From positions 1 through 38,495 of the forward strand of contig BPJL01000010.1 in assembly GCA_026004595.1 (NCBI GenBank): a DNA stretch of 38,495 nt, in the 5' to 3' direction. Made by a program: the position numbers and the translations under genes. Source of the DNA: Patescibacteria group bacterium. Lineage in GTDB: Bacteria; Patescibacteriota; WWE3; UBA101185; UBA10185. Shown in pieces: positions 8,327 to 17,807 of this stretch (its first letter is position 1; each line of letters begins with the position of its first letter). Under the pieces are notes generated by a model, which saw only the letters and a list, made by a program, of their open reading frames with translations, had not been told where the DNA came from and made no database searches.

Positions 8327-8545
8327 TCGTGGGGCTGTGCTTGAAAAAATAGAGGAATCAAAATGAAAAAACAAAATAAAGAGATATGAAAACTATGACA
8401 AAAAGCGATAGAACAAAGAGAACTTAAAATAGTTAAAGAAAAATTGGGTCTCATTAGGGCCTTTTTAGACTATTCTTAAGGTTTAAGACTATGAAAGGAG
8501 ATGTAGAACAGTTTAAACTTTTGCGTCCTCAATTAAGTAATTTTA

Positions 8546-8800
8546 ATGAAAACTAAATATCCATTAGTCTATCTTGAGTGGGAAGATGCCAATTCTATGT
8601 CTTCGTGGGAGACTAACGAGCAGATAGATAAATGGCTAAAAACGAATGAAGATTATGGGCAAGTAGAGCAAGTCGGTTGGCTCATTAGGGAAACTAAAAC
8701 TTGTATAATTCTTGCCTCTCGGCACGCACCAGAAAATGATTATCAAGATGAGCATTGGGGAAATTTGCAGAAAATTCCTAAAACTTGGATTATCAAATAG
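8546..8800 (+). CDS. Conserved phage hypothetical protein
   Basis: VYLEWEDA...VGWLIRE...IILAS...IPK pattern common near terminase genes. Confidence 0.65.
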   Translation: MKTKYPLVYLEWEDANSMSSWETNEQIDKWLKTNEDYGQVEQVGWLIRETKTCIILASRHAPENDYQDEHWGNLQKIPKTWIIK

Positions 8801-8833
8801 GGAAGTAGACTTATCTGCTATAATAGGGTTGAT

Positions 8834-9187
8834 ATGTCAGCTTCACTTGACACTTTTGACAAGAAAAAAAAGTTTATTGAGTTTTACTCCCGCCCCGAAG
8901 TGCAAGGAAATATCTCAATGACTTGTGATGCAGTTGGAATAACCCGCCAGACTTACTACAATTGGTTGGAAAAAGATAAGAAGTTTAGAGAAGAGATGTA
9001 TGAGGCAAAGATGAAGATGTGCGATGAGATGGAGCAGATACTTATCAGTAGAGCGGTTGAGAAAAGTGATACAGCTTTAATTTTTTGGTTGAAATATAAT
9101 CACCCACAGTATAAGGAAAATCCTCAGGTTCAAATCAATCAACAATTTATCTTTAACAAGCTAAAAGAGAAATATGGCGAACTTTAG
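8834..9187 (+). CDS. terS: Terminase small subunit (HTH)
   Basis: GNISMTCDAVGITRQTYYNWLEKD HTH and DTALIFWLK; directly upstream of the large terminase; extended -10 TGcTATAAT at 8816-8824. Confidence 0.8.
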   Translation: MSASLDTFDKKKKFIEFYSRPEVQGNISMTCDAVGITRQTYYNWLEKDKKFREEMYEAKMKMCDEMEQILISRAVEKSDTALIFWLKYNHPQYKENPQVQINQQFIFNKLKEKYGEL

Positions 9188-10008
9188 AGACAAAGCCCAA
9201 ACATATGTTAATTTTATCAAAGATAATTTTATGCTTGTTGCCAAAGATGGGACGGTTAAAAGATTTTATGATGACCAAAACCATTGGAGAATTCAAGAAG
9301 ATTTTATCCTAAACAAAGCGACAGGACGGGATGTAATTTTAAAATCAAGACAATTAGGTTTTTCATCCATCATTCTTGCCATTTTCACAACAGACTTTTT
9401 ACTCAAAGATAACTCCTATTCAATGGTAATAGCTGATAAATCAGATAATGCTGAGGATTTACTTTCAAGAGTAAAGTTTTATATCAAGTCATTTGAGGAA
9501 ATAAACCAAGTAAAACTAAACTTAAAATACAATTCAAAATATGAACTTTATAATGAACAGTTAAACTCTACTTATAAGATAGGAACCGCAGAGAACAAAG
9601 AGGTTGGAAGAAGTAAAAGTTTAACGGGACTTCATTTATCGGAATTTGCTTTCTATCAAGACCCTGAAGCAATCTTACGCTCTGCTTTACAGGCAGTGGT
9701 TCCGGACGGAAAAATATTTATTGAAACAACAGCCAACGGCTTCAACTTTTTCAAGACTTTTTGGGAAGAGTGTAAAAGAGGGGAGCGACCATTTAATCCT
9801 TTATTTTATGGTGCAAGTCAATTTTATTCATCCGAGTTTTTTGGAAAACAAAAAGAAGGAACTAAAAAATTACTACCCTCAAGAATATCCGGAAACGGAT
9901 ATTGAAGCATTTATTTCAAGTGGACAAAACTATTTTGACAAGCAGGCACTAAAATGGTATTTGGATAACATAAAAGAACCCATTAAAAATGATTTAATCT
10001 ATGTTTAA
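9174..10008 (+). CDS. terL: Terminase large subunit, ATPase domain (frameshift at T6, 9837-9842)
   Basis: Walker A ILKSRQLGFS, Walker B GLHLSEFAF, motif III IETTANG, QEYP in the shifted frame. Confidence 0.9.
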
Positions 10009-10645
10009 ACAATACCGACAAATAGAGCGAGGTGAGTTTATTGTTGTTGGTGTTGATACCGCATCAGGCGGTGGTGATTATACTGCCGCCCAGTTTTTAT
10101 CAAAAACAAAAGTAGATGTTCCTTTAGTTTATCATTCGCCGATAACTACTACCGAATTTACCAATCTTTTAGTGCCTGTTCTTGAAAAGATTTCAGATAC
10201 AACAGGAATAAAGCCAGTTGTTGCTTATGAGCGAAATAATGGCGGAGCATTTGAGATGGATAGGCTGGCGGCAATGAATAGGCTTAATAAATACGACTTA
10301 TTTAAGATGCCATCCTTTGGAAGAGAAAATCCGCCAGAGGCGGTTCAATACGGCTGGATAACTTCTACGGCAACCCGCCCCAAAATGCTTCAAGACCTGA
10401 AACAGGCAATAGATAACAAAATTCCAATTCTGTACGATAGTGCAACCATAAACGAGATGTATTCTTTTGTGGTTGTTCAAACATCATCAAGTTGGAAAGC
10501 ACAAGCCGATAAGGGGGCAAAAGATGATTTGGTTATGGCACTGGCGATTGCTTGGCAGTTGAATAACAACCTCGAAGAAAGAAGTTTGTCTCAATCTTAC
10601 CACCCTATCTATGCGGGTGAAAAGAAAAACTGGAGTTTAGTATGA
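10001..10645 (+). CDS. terL: Terminase large subunit, RNase H-like nuclease domain
   Basis: VVGVDTASGGGDYT, ERNNGG, KDDLVMALAIA. Confidence 0.9.
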   Translation: MFKQYRQIERGEFIVVGVDTASGGGDYTAAQFLSKTKVDVPLVYHSPITTTEFTNLLVPVLEKISDTTGIKPVVAYERNNGGAFEMDRLAAMNRLNKYDLFKMPSFGRENPPEAVQYGWITSTATRPKMLQDLKQAIDNKIPILYDSATINEMYSFVVVQTSSSWKAQADKGAKDDLVMALAIAWQLNNNLEERSLSQSYHPIYAGEKKNWSLV

Positions 10646-10977
10646 GAAATTCTTATGTTACGCCCTCTATAACCAAAATGCTTTACGGCTGGAGTAAGTG
10701 GGGGCGGGGCAACTTTGGCATTTTCAGGGAAATAACTGAAGAGTGGAATTGCCAGATTTGTGGGGAAAGACAAATAATAGGATTGCCACAATATTTTTTT
10801 CCAATGGACGACTCAAGAAGAGATTTTATTCGGGTGTGCCCATCTTGTTGGCACGATTTACGAGAGGCGGATATTCACACTTATGAGGAATTAGATAAAA
10901 AATTAGGCATTGAAAAATTTAAAGAGCAAATCAGACTCAAAATAATAGAGGTTAAGATGAAATTGAAAACCTCTTGA
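10642..10977 (+). CDS. Zn-ribbon hypothetical protein
   Basis: CQICG...CPSC; ATGA coupled. Confidence 0.65.
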   Translation: MRNSYVTPSITKMLYGWSKWGRGNFGIFREITEEWNCQICGERQIIGLPQYFFPMDDSRRDFIRVCPSCWHDLREADIHTYEELDKKLGIEKFKEQIRLKIIEVKMKLKTS

Positions 10978-10993
10978 AGGATTACTTTATAAT
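10963..10993 (+). promoter_or_regulatory. Late-class promoter 1 (portal)
   Basis: TTGAAAACCTCT, 19-bp spacer, TATAAT, 6 nt to ATG. Confidence 0.8.
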
Positions 10994-10999
10994 CTAGCT

Positions 11000-13026
11000 A
11001 TGAGTGATTTAATTGAGGAGCTAAATTCCCATTATCAAGACTGGAGTGAAGATATAACCCAACGCATCGAACGCAAACTTGGCTGGAAAGATGTTACCGA
11101 TACTTACTACGGTGTTCTTCCCGATGATTGGCCGTATGAGAGTCGTGTGGTTGACCCCAGAGTTAGAACCATCTTAATTGAAAAGAATTCAAGACTTACA
11201 GGGGGAAGAATAAGTGGCAGGGTTGTTCCAGTTGAGAATGCCGATGTTATCAAGGCTCGTATTCAACAAGCCTTACTTGAATATCAATGGAGAATGGCTG
11301 ATGAGGGAGGCTCAATGCAAACCAAACTTTCAATCTCTGATATGGATGCAAGACTTTACGGTTCAAAGTTTGTCCTGATTGAATGGAGGGTAAGGAAAGA
11401 TAAAGACGGTAAAGTTGTTTATGAAGGTAATGAATTCAAGCCTCTAGATATCAGAGACTGCGGGATTGACCCAACCGCCTCACACATAAGAGACGCTAAA
11501 TGGTTTCAACACAGGCAATGGGTTTATTTAGAAGACCTAAAGAAGGCAGTTGACGCTAAAGGCAAACCGCTTTTCAAGAATTTGGGCGAGATTGAAAAAA
11601 GACTTAAAGATAAAATCTCCGACACAAGGATTGAATACAACCCCAGAATACTTGAGATACAGGGGGCGAGAGGACAGAATGGGTAAGGATATTGCCTTCC
11701 CGATGATTAAGATTGTTACCGAGTATAGAAAAGATAGATGGATTACCTTTTCTCCGACTTATAAAGTAATTCTAAGAGACATAGCAAATCCCTATAATCA
11801 CGGCAAAATTCCAATTGCGCAACTTCGCTATCACGCCTTACAAGACGACCCGTTGGGCGAAAGTGAGGTAGAGCCAGTAATTATGCTTTGGAGAGCAATT
11901 CAAGCTGTCTTGTGTGGTTATATGGACGAAGTAGTCTTGAAGATGAATTCACCTCTTATTGCTGTTACTAATACCTATCGTCCTGAAACAATCAATTTTG
12001 CCCCTCGCGCTATCTGGGAGGTGGACAGACCTGATGCTATTACTCCTTTCAGGTTTGACGCAAACTCAATCCAATACTTTCAATCCACCTACCTTGCCCT
12101 AGTTTCAGCCCTTAATACGGCAATGGGAGCGATGAGTCAAGGAGTCTCAAACATTGACCCGACACAATATAAAAAGACTGCTACCGAGATTAGGACTTCT
12201 ATGAGGCAACAGACCCGCCGTTGACCAGAAGAACCTCACCGACTTAGGGGAGTTTTTACGAGATGTTATTTCAATGTGGATAGCTAATAATCAACAATTC
12301 CTCTTTTCAGACGAAAGCAAACATTACTTGATAGTTAAAGTAATAGGCAAGGATAATTGGGAATTCTTCAAGAAGGCGGGATTTGCGGACACCGATGTCC
12401 CAATTGAGGCACAGAAAATCATTGCTGATATTCTTATACAAAATCCCGACACAACAGAGGCTCAATTACAAGAGATGTTAGAAGCTGCCAAAATGCCAAA
12501 GAATGCCGTTGTTCTTAATCCTCGCGAGAAAAATCCACTTAAGTATAAGTTTGCACCAAAGCTCTCGTTGAAAGAGATGGGGGACGAGGGAGATTTATAC
12601 ATCACCAAAGAGGACATACAAGGACAATACGATTTTATTCCTGATATTAGGCTTATGACTATTACCGAAAGCGAAGAAAGACAAGCGGGAAGGCAAGCAG
12701 CTCTTCAAACTTTGACAACCAACCAATTAGTGCTACAATTATTACAAGATGAAGGTTATAAACCGAAAGTTAAAGAGCTTTTGGAAGCGACTCTTGAAGA
12801 CACAGGTCTTAAAGACCCTGAAAGGTTTTTTGAAAAGATAGAGAAAATAAATGAAAACATCCAAACGCAAAGAAATGCTTCAGGAACGCCTGAGGTTTTG
12901 GGAGGCACTATCCCGAATATCCAAAATGGAGGAGTGGCAACGCCACCTGAAGCCATACCTCCTCTCGAAAACCAACAACCAATGGCTACAGCCGGACAAA
13001 TTCAACAACCTCAAGGAATTTCATAA
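11000..13026 (+). CDS. Portal protein (P22/SU10-like); frameshifts near 11664 and 12221
   Basis: Three consecutive ORFs join by deleting single bases; NPYNHGKIP, PLGESEVEP and KTATE portal motifs; lies after terminase. Confidence 0.85.
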
Positions 13027-13156
13027 GGCATACGTTGAAGAATACGCTAGAGCTCTTGCCTCAAAGACTCTCGTAGATGAAATAGACAATGCCGACGAGA
13101 TGATTATTGAGATTAAAAAGCAGTTAGAGTTACCCGACAAATCTTATGGTATCTGA
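12851..13156 (+). CDS. Small helical protein following the portal
   Basis: 101-aa ORF overlapping the portal 3' end by 176 nt and coupled to the next gene. Confidence 0.65.
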   Translation: MKTSKRKEMLQERLRFWEALSRISKMEEWQRHLKPYLLSKTNNQWLQPDKFNNLKEFHKAYVEEYARALASKTLVDEIDNADEMIIEIKKQLELPDKSYGI

Positions 13157-13385
13157 TGAACCAATTAAAGGCGAAGATAAATTTATCTTTCATCACCACA
13201 AAGACAAATTAGAAGAAGATGTTGAAAAATTTGATGCAAAATCTTTTAAAACCGAAGTTAATTTCAAAAAGTGTGACCACTCCCAAGCCAAGTTTGTTAA
13301 TGGTGAAATAAGATGTGTCTGTGGTGCGGCCTGGAGAGGACCAAATTTGGCTATTCTATTTGACAATTTGACAAAGAAAAAATGA
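13146..13385 (+). CDS. Hypothetical protein (C-x-H...CxCG)
   Basis: 79-aa ORF in operon context. Confidence 0.6.
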   Translation: MVSDEPIKGEDKFIFHHHKDKLEEDVEKFDAKSFKTEVNFKKCDHSQAKFVNGEIRCVCGAAWRGPNLAILFDNLTKKK

Positions 13386-13396
13386 AGTGCTATATT
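13368..13396 (+). promoter_or_regulatory. Sigma70 promoter for scaffold gene
   Basis: TTGACA-17-TATATT with extended TG. Confidence 0.65.
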
Positions 13397-13407
13397 TTTA
13401 ACTAGCT

Positions 13408-14325
13408 ATGCCTAACTTAAAGGATAGAATTAAACAAGTTCCCCCATTTGACCCCCAAGAGGAAACGCCTGAAGTTTCTGAAGAAAAGCAGGAAGAAATC
13501 AAAGAAGAACAAGTTGTTGAGGAAAACCAAGAACAATTACAAGAACAACCACAGGAACAACCACAGGAACAACCTGTTGAAGAACAGAAAGAAGAGCCAA
13601 AATTACCCGATGAGACTAAAGAAAGAACTAAAGAACAATTTGAAAAGCTAAAGCAAAGCAATCAGGAGTTGAAGGAAACTGTAAAGAAATATACTGATGT
13701 TTTGTCATCTCTTCAACCACAGGAAGTAGCACCACCCAACCAATTTACTCCCGCTTTTGAACCGATTTTGACCAACCAACCACCCGCCACTTATCCGGGG
13801 CTTACCCAACAGCAGATAAAGGACACTTTTGAAAATTTGATTGACTCCGAAGGATATGTTGATGTTAATCTTCTAAAAGAAGAGCTTGAAAAGCAAAGAC
13901 AAAGGGCTGAAATTGCAGAGCAAAAAGCCAGAGAAGCCGAAGAAGCCGCTAAAAAAGCTGTCAAAACCGTAGATGACTTTCAAAGAACACAGAAGATGAG
14001 GGAAATTCACGCTAAGTATCCAATGCTTGACCCAGAGTCTCCTCAATTTGATGAAAGAATGTGGGAAGCAGTTAGAAATGAAATTGTGGGACAGTGGGTT
14101 ACAACAGGAACCGAAGATGTCGAAGCGGCAGCCAAGAAATGGTATGATATACTCTATCCAATGGCAAAAGACAAGGAGGCTGATAAAAAAGCTCAAATCA
14201 ACGCAATTCCTACTCAACCAGTGTCAACCTCTTCTACTTTTGAAGACCATCAAGCCCTCGTAGAGGCTACCAGAAAAGGCAAGAAAGGTGCTTTAGCGGA
14301 AAGACTTAAAAGAGCTGGCTATTAA
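13408..14325 (+). CDS. Capsid scaffolding protein
   Basis: Acidic Glu/Gln-rich N-terminus with EQPQ repeats, coiled coil, directly before the capsid gene. Confidence 0.75.
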   Translation: MPNLKDRIKQVPPFDPQEETPEVSEEKQEEIKEEQVVEENQEQLQEQPQEQPQEQPVEEQKEEPKLPDETKERTKEQFEKLKQSNQELKETVKKYTDVLSSLQPQEVAPPNQFTPAFEPILTNQPPATYPGLTQQQIKDTFENLIDSEGYVDVNLLKEELEKQRQRAEIAEQKAREAEEAAKKAVKTVDDFQRTQKMREIHAKYPMLDPESPQFDERMWEAVRNEIVGQWVTTGTEDVEAAAKKWYDILYPMAKDKEADKKAQINAIPTQPVSTSSTFEDHQALVEATRKGKKGALAERLKRAGY

Positions 14326-14331
14326 GACAAT

Positions 14332-14372
14332 AAGCGGGAAATCCCACATGCTTTAGGGGTGGGAGGATGTCA
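14332..14372 (+). mobile_element. IS200/IS605-like terminal hairpin remnant
   Basis: AAGCGGGAAATCCCAC-atgctttaggg-GTGGGAGGATGTCA; hairpin with a CTTTAG loop followed by GGAGGATGTCA. Confidence 0.5.
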
Positions 14373-14377
14373 GTCTC

Positions 14378-14408
14378 TTGAAAACCTCTTATAACTTCTA
14401 GATAAAAT
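14378..14408 (+). promoter_or_regulatory. Late-class promoter 2 (major capsid)
   Basis: TTGAAAACCTCT, 19-bp spacer, TAAAAT. Confidence 0.75.
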
Positions 14409-14422
14409 CAAGTAAACCAAAG

Positions 14423-14490
14423 GTAGTCTGATGCTCCGACTATAAACCGAGCACGATTTCTAAATCCTTGATGGGTTTAGAAAGGGGGTG
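14423..14490 (+). ncRNA. Structured 5' leader of capsid mRNA (H-type pseudoknot plus hairpin)
   Basis: TAGTC/GACTA stem; loop TGCTC pairs with GAGCA at 14449-14453; 11-bp hairpin 14457-14483 abuts the RBS. Confidence 0.45.
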
Positions 14491-14496
14491 ATTAAG

Positions 14497-15426
14497 ATGG
14501 CTTGGGGAAAAACAACTTATCAGGCACCAAACGAAATGAGAGAGTCCCTTTTAGATATTATCAGGGACATATCTCCTAATGAGGACAATTATTTTGTCTC
14601 AAACCTTGATAAGGGAGCTCCTGCTCTTCAAACCTATCACGAGTGGAATATCTTTCACGAGGATAGGGTGTCTTCTGTTACAGCAAACACTGAAGGAGCA
14701 GATACATCATATCCTGACCTTCAGGCTGAAAGCCGAGCTGGCAACTACACAGTTATTGTGGATTCTCCAGTCAAACTTTCAAGAACTAAAGCATCTATTG
14801 CGATGGTAACAAAGCAAGATGCTTTGGCTGTAGAGAAGGAAAGAGCCTTGAGGAGACTCAAGAACAAAATGGAGTTTCTTCTTATCAACGGCTCATTAGC
14901 AGCTGGTGCAACAAACTCCGCTCGTGGTATGGCGGGAATTGATGCCTTCATTACATCAAATGTTACCGCCTATTCCTCTGGACAATCATTCACAGAAGCA
15001 ATCTTGAATGATATGGCAAAGACAAGCTGGGACAATGTTGGTTCAAGCTATGTGGCTTCCACACTGGTTGCTCCTGCTGTTATTAAGCAAAGAGTAGCAA
15101 CCTTTGGAACCAACCTTACCCGCAATGTTAGAGCCGAAGACAAGAGGCTTATCAACGAGGTTCGTGTGTTTGACACCGACTTGGGTGTAACGGTTAAAAT
15201 CCTCGCTCACAAAGATGTCAGGAAAGCTGCAGGAACAGTTACAGCATTGCTCATTAACGAAGACCTGCACGAAATGTCCTTCTTGGTCAATACTGGTGAA
15301 CCTCACTGGGAAGACCGAGCAAAGGCTGGCGACTATGTGGCTGGGGTATATATTACCGAGTTCACTCACGTTGCGTATAACGAAAAGGCTGATGTAAAAC
15401 GTACCGGATTCTCGGCTTCGTTGTAG
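14497..15426 (+). CDS. Major capsid protein (SU10/DUF5309-like, HK97 fold)
   Basis: RESLLDII..ISP, HEW, NYT.I, RGMAGI motifs; about 309 aa; follows the scaffold; GGGGGTG RBS. Confidence 0.85.
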   Translation: MAWGKTTYQAPNEMRESLLDIIRDISPNEDNYFVSNLDKGAPALQTYHEWNIFHEDRVSSVTANTEGADTSYPDLQAESRAGNYTVIVDSPVKLSRTKASIAMVTKQDALAVEKERALRRLKNKMEFLLINGSLAAGATNSARGMAGIDAFITSNVTAYSSGQSFTEAILNDMAKTSWDNVGSSYVASTLVAPAVIKQRVATFGTNLTRNVRAEDKRLINEVRVFDTDLGVTVKILAHKDVRKAAGTVTALLINEDLHEMSFLVNTGEPHWEDRAKAGDYVAGVYITEFTHVAYNEKADVKRTGFSASL

Positions 15427-15443
15427 TTTTAGCCTAAGTAGTT

Positions 15444-15491
15444 AGAAGAAGGCTGGCGAAAGGTTTATCCGAGTAGCCAGCTTTCTTTTTT
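15444..15491 (+). terminator. Intrinsic terminator after capsid gene
   Basis: AAGGCTGGC/GCCAGCTTT stem followed by CTTTTTT. Confidence 0.75.
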
Positions 15492-15516
15492 GACTAGAAG
15501 TGCTAAAATATGCTTG

Positions 15517-15912
15517 ATGGGAAAAATAAACCTTCAAGATTATGAAGTAATACCTCCTCACCTATCTACTCTTACCTCTTATATCACTAACCTTTGGGAA
15601 GGATTAGGAAGGCCTACCGATCCTCTGTCCTCTCAAGGACAAAAGCTTGTCAATTTTATTTTTGACGCCTACAAGGAACTTTACCCCGAAGAATACAAGG
15701 CTTGGCGGGAAATGATTAAAGAATATCAATCAGCCGAAAAATCAATTCACGAGCAAGTCAAGTACCACACAGGCAGAAGTCTTATATCATATCCCACGTG
15801 GGTTTATCATATCTTGCGAAAAGTCTTTCCAGGCTTTAACTTTCACAAACGAGAGAACGCAATGAAAATGGCAAAAACCTTTAGACAATTTCAGGTGGCA
15901 AATAAAGTATAG
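15517..15912 (+). CDS. Hypothetical protein
   Basis: 131 aa from ATG 15517, preceded by extended -10 TGcTAAAAT. Confidence 0.7.
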   Translation: MGKINLQDYEVIPPHLSTLTSYITNLWEGLGRPTDPLSSQGQKLVNFIFDAYKELYPEEYKAWREMIKEYQSAEKSIHEQVKYHTGRSLISYPTWVYHILRKVFPGFNFHKRENAMKMAKTFRQFQVANKV

Positions 15913-15924
15913 GAGGTGGTTAAT

Positions 15925-16056
15925 ATGTCCAAAATCTTATTTGTGTTAAATATTGTGCTTTTAATAGTCGTTTCTTTGTTGCTTGTTAAGGCTAGATGTC
16001 TAGAGAAGGAAGTAAAATCGGCTCAATGTATTCCCTGTCATATATGGTTAAGATAG
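15925..16056 (+). CDS. 43-aa single-pass membrane protein with CxxCH
   Basis: RBS AGGAGGTG; MSKILFVLNIVLLIVVSLLLVKARCLEKEVKSAQCIPCHIWLR*. Confidence 0.6.
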   Translation: MSKILFVLNIVLLIVVSLLLVKARCLEKEVKSAQCIPCHIWLR

Positions 16057-17807
16057 CTTTATCTATTATCACTAAAGGTGATGAGGAGTTAGACAACCTT
16101 AAAAAGTGTGTCGCCTCATTTTTGCCTGCTGTTGACGGGGTGTTTATTACCGCCAATGGTAAGAAGACAAAAGAGACCGAGAAGTGGTGTAAAGAAAATG
16201 GCTTTAATTACTCTTATCTTGCTTGGAACGATGATTTTTCAGCCCAAAGAAATTTTAACTTCTCACAGATTAAGGGATTTGACTGGATTTTGTGGGCGGA
16301 TAGTGACGATATTTTAGTCGGTGCAGACAAATTAAGAGATGTTGCTGATATTTCTTACAAGAACGGTTTTGATTGTGTTTTCTTTACCTATTATTACGGT
16401 TGTCTTTTTGATGGCGAACCCAGTTTTGAGAATATAAAACAAGTTGACTTAATCCAAAAGCGGGAAAGACTTTTAAAACCAGGTGTTTTTGTTTGGAAGG
16501 GAAGACTGCACGAAACACCAGTTCCTGTAAATAATTATCAGCCAAAATACACTTATGTCCCTTATTCTGAAGAATTCCCCATTGTCTGGGTGCACACCGA
16601 AGCTGATAGAAATCCCAATGCCCCTAAAAACATAGAACGAATGGAGAGAAATAAAAGAATTCTTGAGCTTCAGTTGAAAGAGGAAAGAGAAAAAGGAACA
16701 GCAGACCCACGAACCTTACTTTATCTGATGAAAATCTATGTAGAGCTTCCCGAACAGGAATTGTGGCAAAAATGTATTGAGATGGGGTATGAGTATTTAT
16801 CAAAATCGGGTTGGGACGAAGAGCGAGCCATCGCTTATCAGTTAATAAGCAAGTGTTATAGCCAGTTGGGAGACAACAGGAAAGCCGAAGAGGCAATAAG
16901 AAACGCCATCAAAGAATATCCTTACGAACCCTTGCTTTATCTTTACTTGGCAAAATACCTCTTTAATCAAAACAAATACAACGAGATGGAACACTGGCTT
17001 AAACTGGCGGTCTCAATGGAAGAGAAGGACACAACCCAAATGAATAATGAGATGGAAAAGAAAATCCTAGCCGCAGAACTCACTTTTAAGCTGGAATTTT
17101 ATGTTAAGCGAGATGTCAGAAAAGCATATCGGGCAATAAAATACCTCTACGATATAGCTCAAACCGAAGAGGCGTTGGTGCTCTTAAAAGAGGTTGAAAG
17201 ATTAAAAGAATTAGACGAGGCTTGTGAGGACACACACAAACTAATTAAATACTTTGAAAAAGAGGATAAAGAAGAAAGGGTTATCCCCTTAATTCAGTCT
17301 TTGCCTCTTGAAATCTCCAATCTTGAGTTTGCCTATCACTACTTTAACAAATACAAAAAACCAAGAGTTTGGAAGAAAAATGAGATTTGCTACTATGCTT
17401 ATCTTGGTCCGCACTTTGAGAAGTGGTCTCCTTTATCATTAAAAACAGGAATTGGCGGCTCTGAAACTGCGGTTATCAGACTTTCTCAAGAATGGGCAAA
17501 GAAAGGTTATACAGTAGTCGTCTATGCCGATGTCTTAAAAGAGGGCATTTATGATAATGTTATCTGGCTTCCTGCTTACAAGTTTAATCCTCGTGATAGA
17601 TTTAATGTCTTTATTCAATGGCGGTCTTCTTCTTTGGCAGGAAAAATCAAAGCCAAGAAGTTTTTAGTTGACTTGCACGACTTATATTCTCCGCAGGCTA
17701 TTGACTGGAATAAAATAGACTTTGCTATGGTTAAAAGTAAGTATCAAAGAAACCTAGCAAAAGATATTCCTGATAGTAAATTTAGGATAATTTCAAATGG
17801 CATATGA
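16044..17807 (+). CDS. GT2 glycosyltransferase + TPR repeats + N-terminal half of a GT4 (GT-B) domain
   Basis: WNDDFSAQRNF, WILWADSDD, WKGRLHE; TPR helices; GIGGSETAVI...ISNGI. Confidence 0.85.
   Translation: MVKIALSIITKGDEELDNLKKCVASFLPAVDGVFITANGKKTKETEKWCKENGFNYSYLAWNDDFSAQRNFNFSQIKGFDWILWADSDDILVGADKLRDVADISYKNGFDCVFFTYYYGCLFDGEPSFENIKQVDLIQKRERLLKPGVFVWKGRLHETPVPVNNYQPKYTYVPYSEEFPIVWVHTEADRNPNAPKNIERMERNKRILELQLKEEREKGTADPRTLLYLMKIYVELPEQELWQKCIEMGYEYLSKSGWDEERAIAYQLISKCYSQLGDNRKAEEAIRNAIKEYPYEPLLYLYLAKYLFNQNKYNEMEHWLKLAVSMEEKDTTQMNNEMEKKILAAELTFKLEFYVKRDVRKAYRAIKYLYDIAQTEEALVLLKEVERLKELDEACEDTHKLIKYFEKEDKEERVIPLIQSLPLEISNLEFAYHYFNKYKKPRVWKKNEICYYAYLGPHFEKWSPLSLKTGIGGSETAVIRLSQEWAKKGYTVVVYADVLKEGIYDNVIWLPAYKFNPRDRFNVFIQWRSSSLAGKIKAKKFLVDLHDLYSPQAIDWNKIDFAMVKSKYQRNLAKDIPDSKFRIISNGI

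Noticed and set aside
13531-13575. 12-bp GAACAACCACAG tandem repeat
   Set aside because: Ordinary low-complexity EQPQ linker in the scaffold protein
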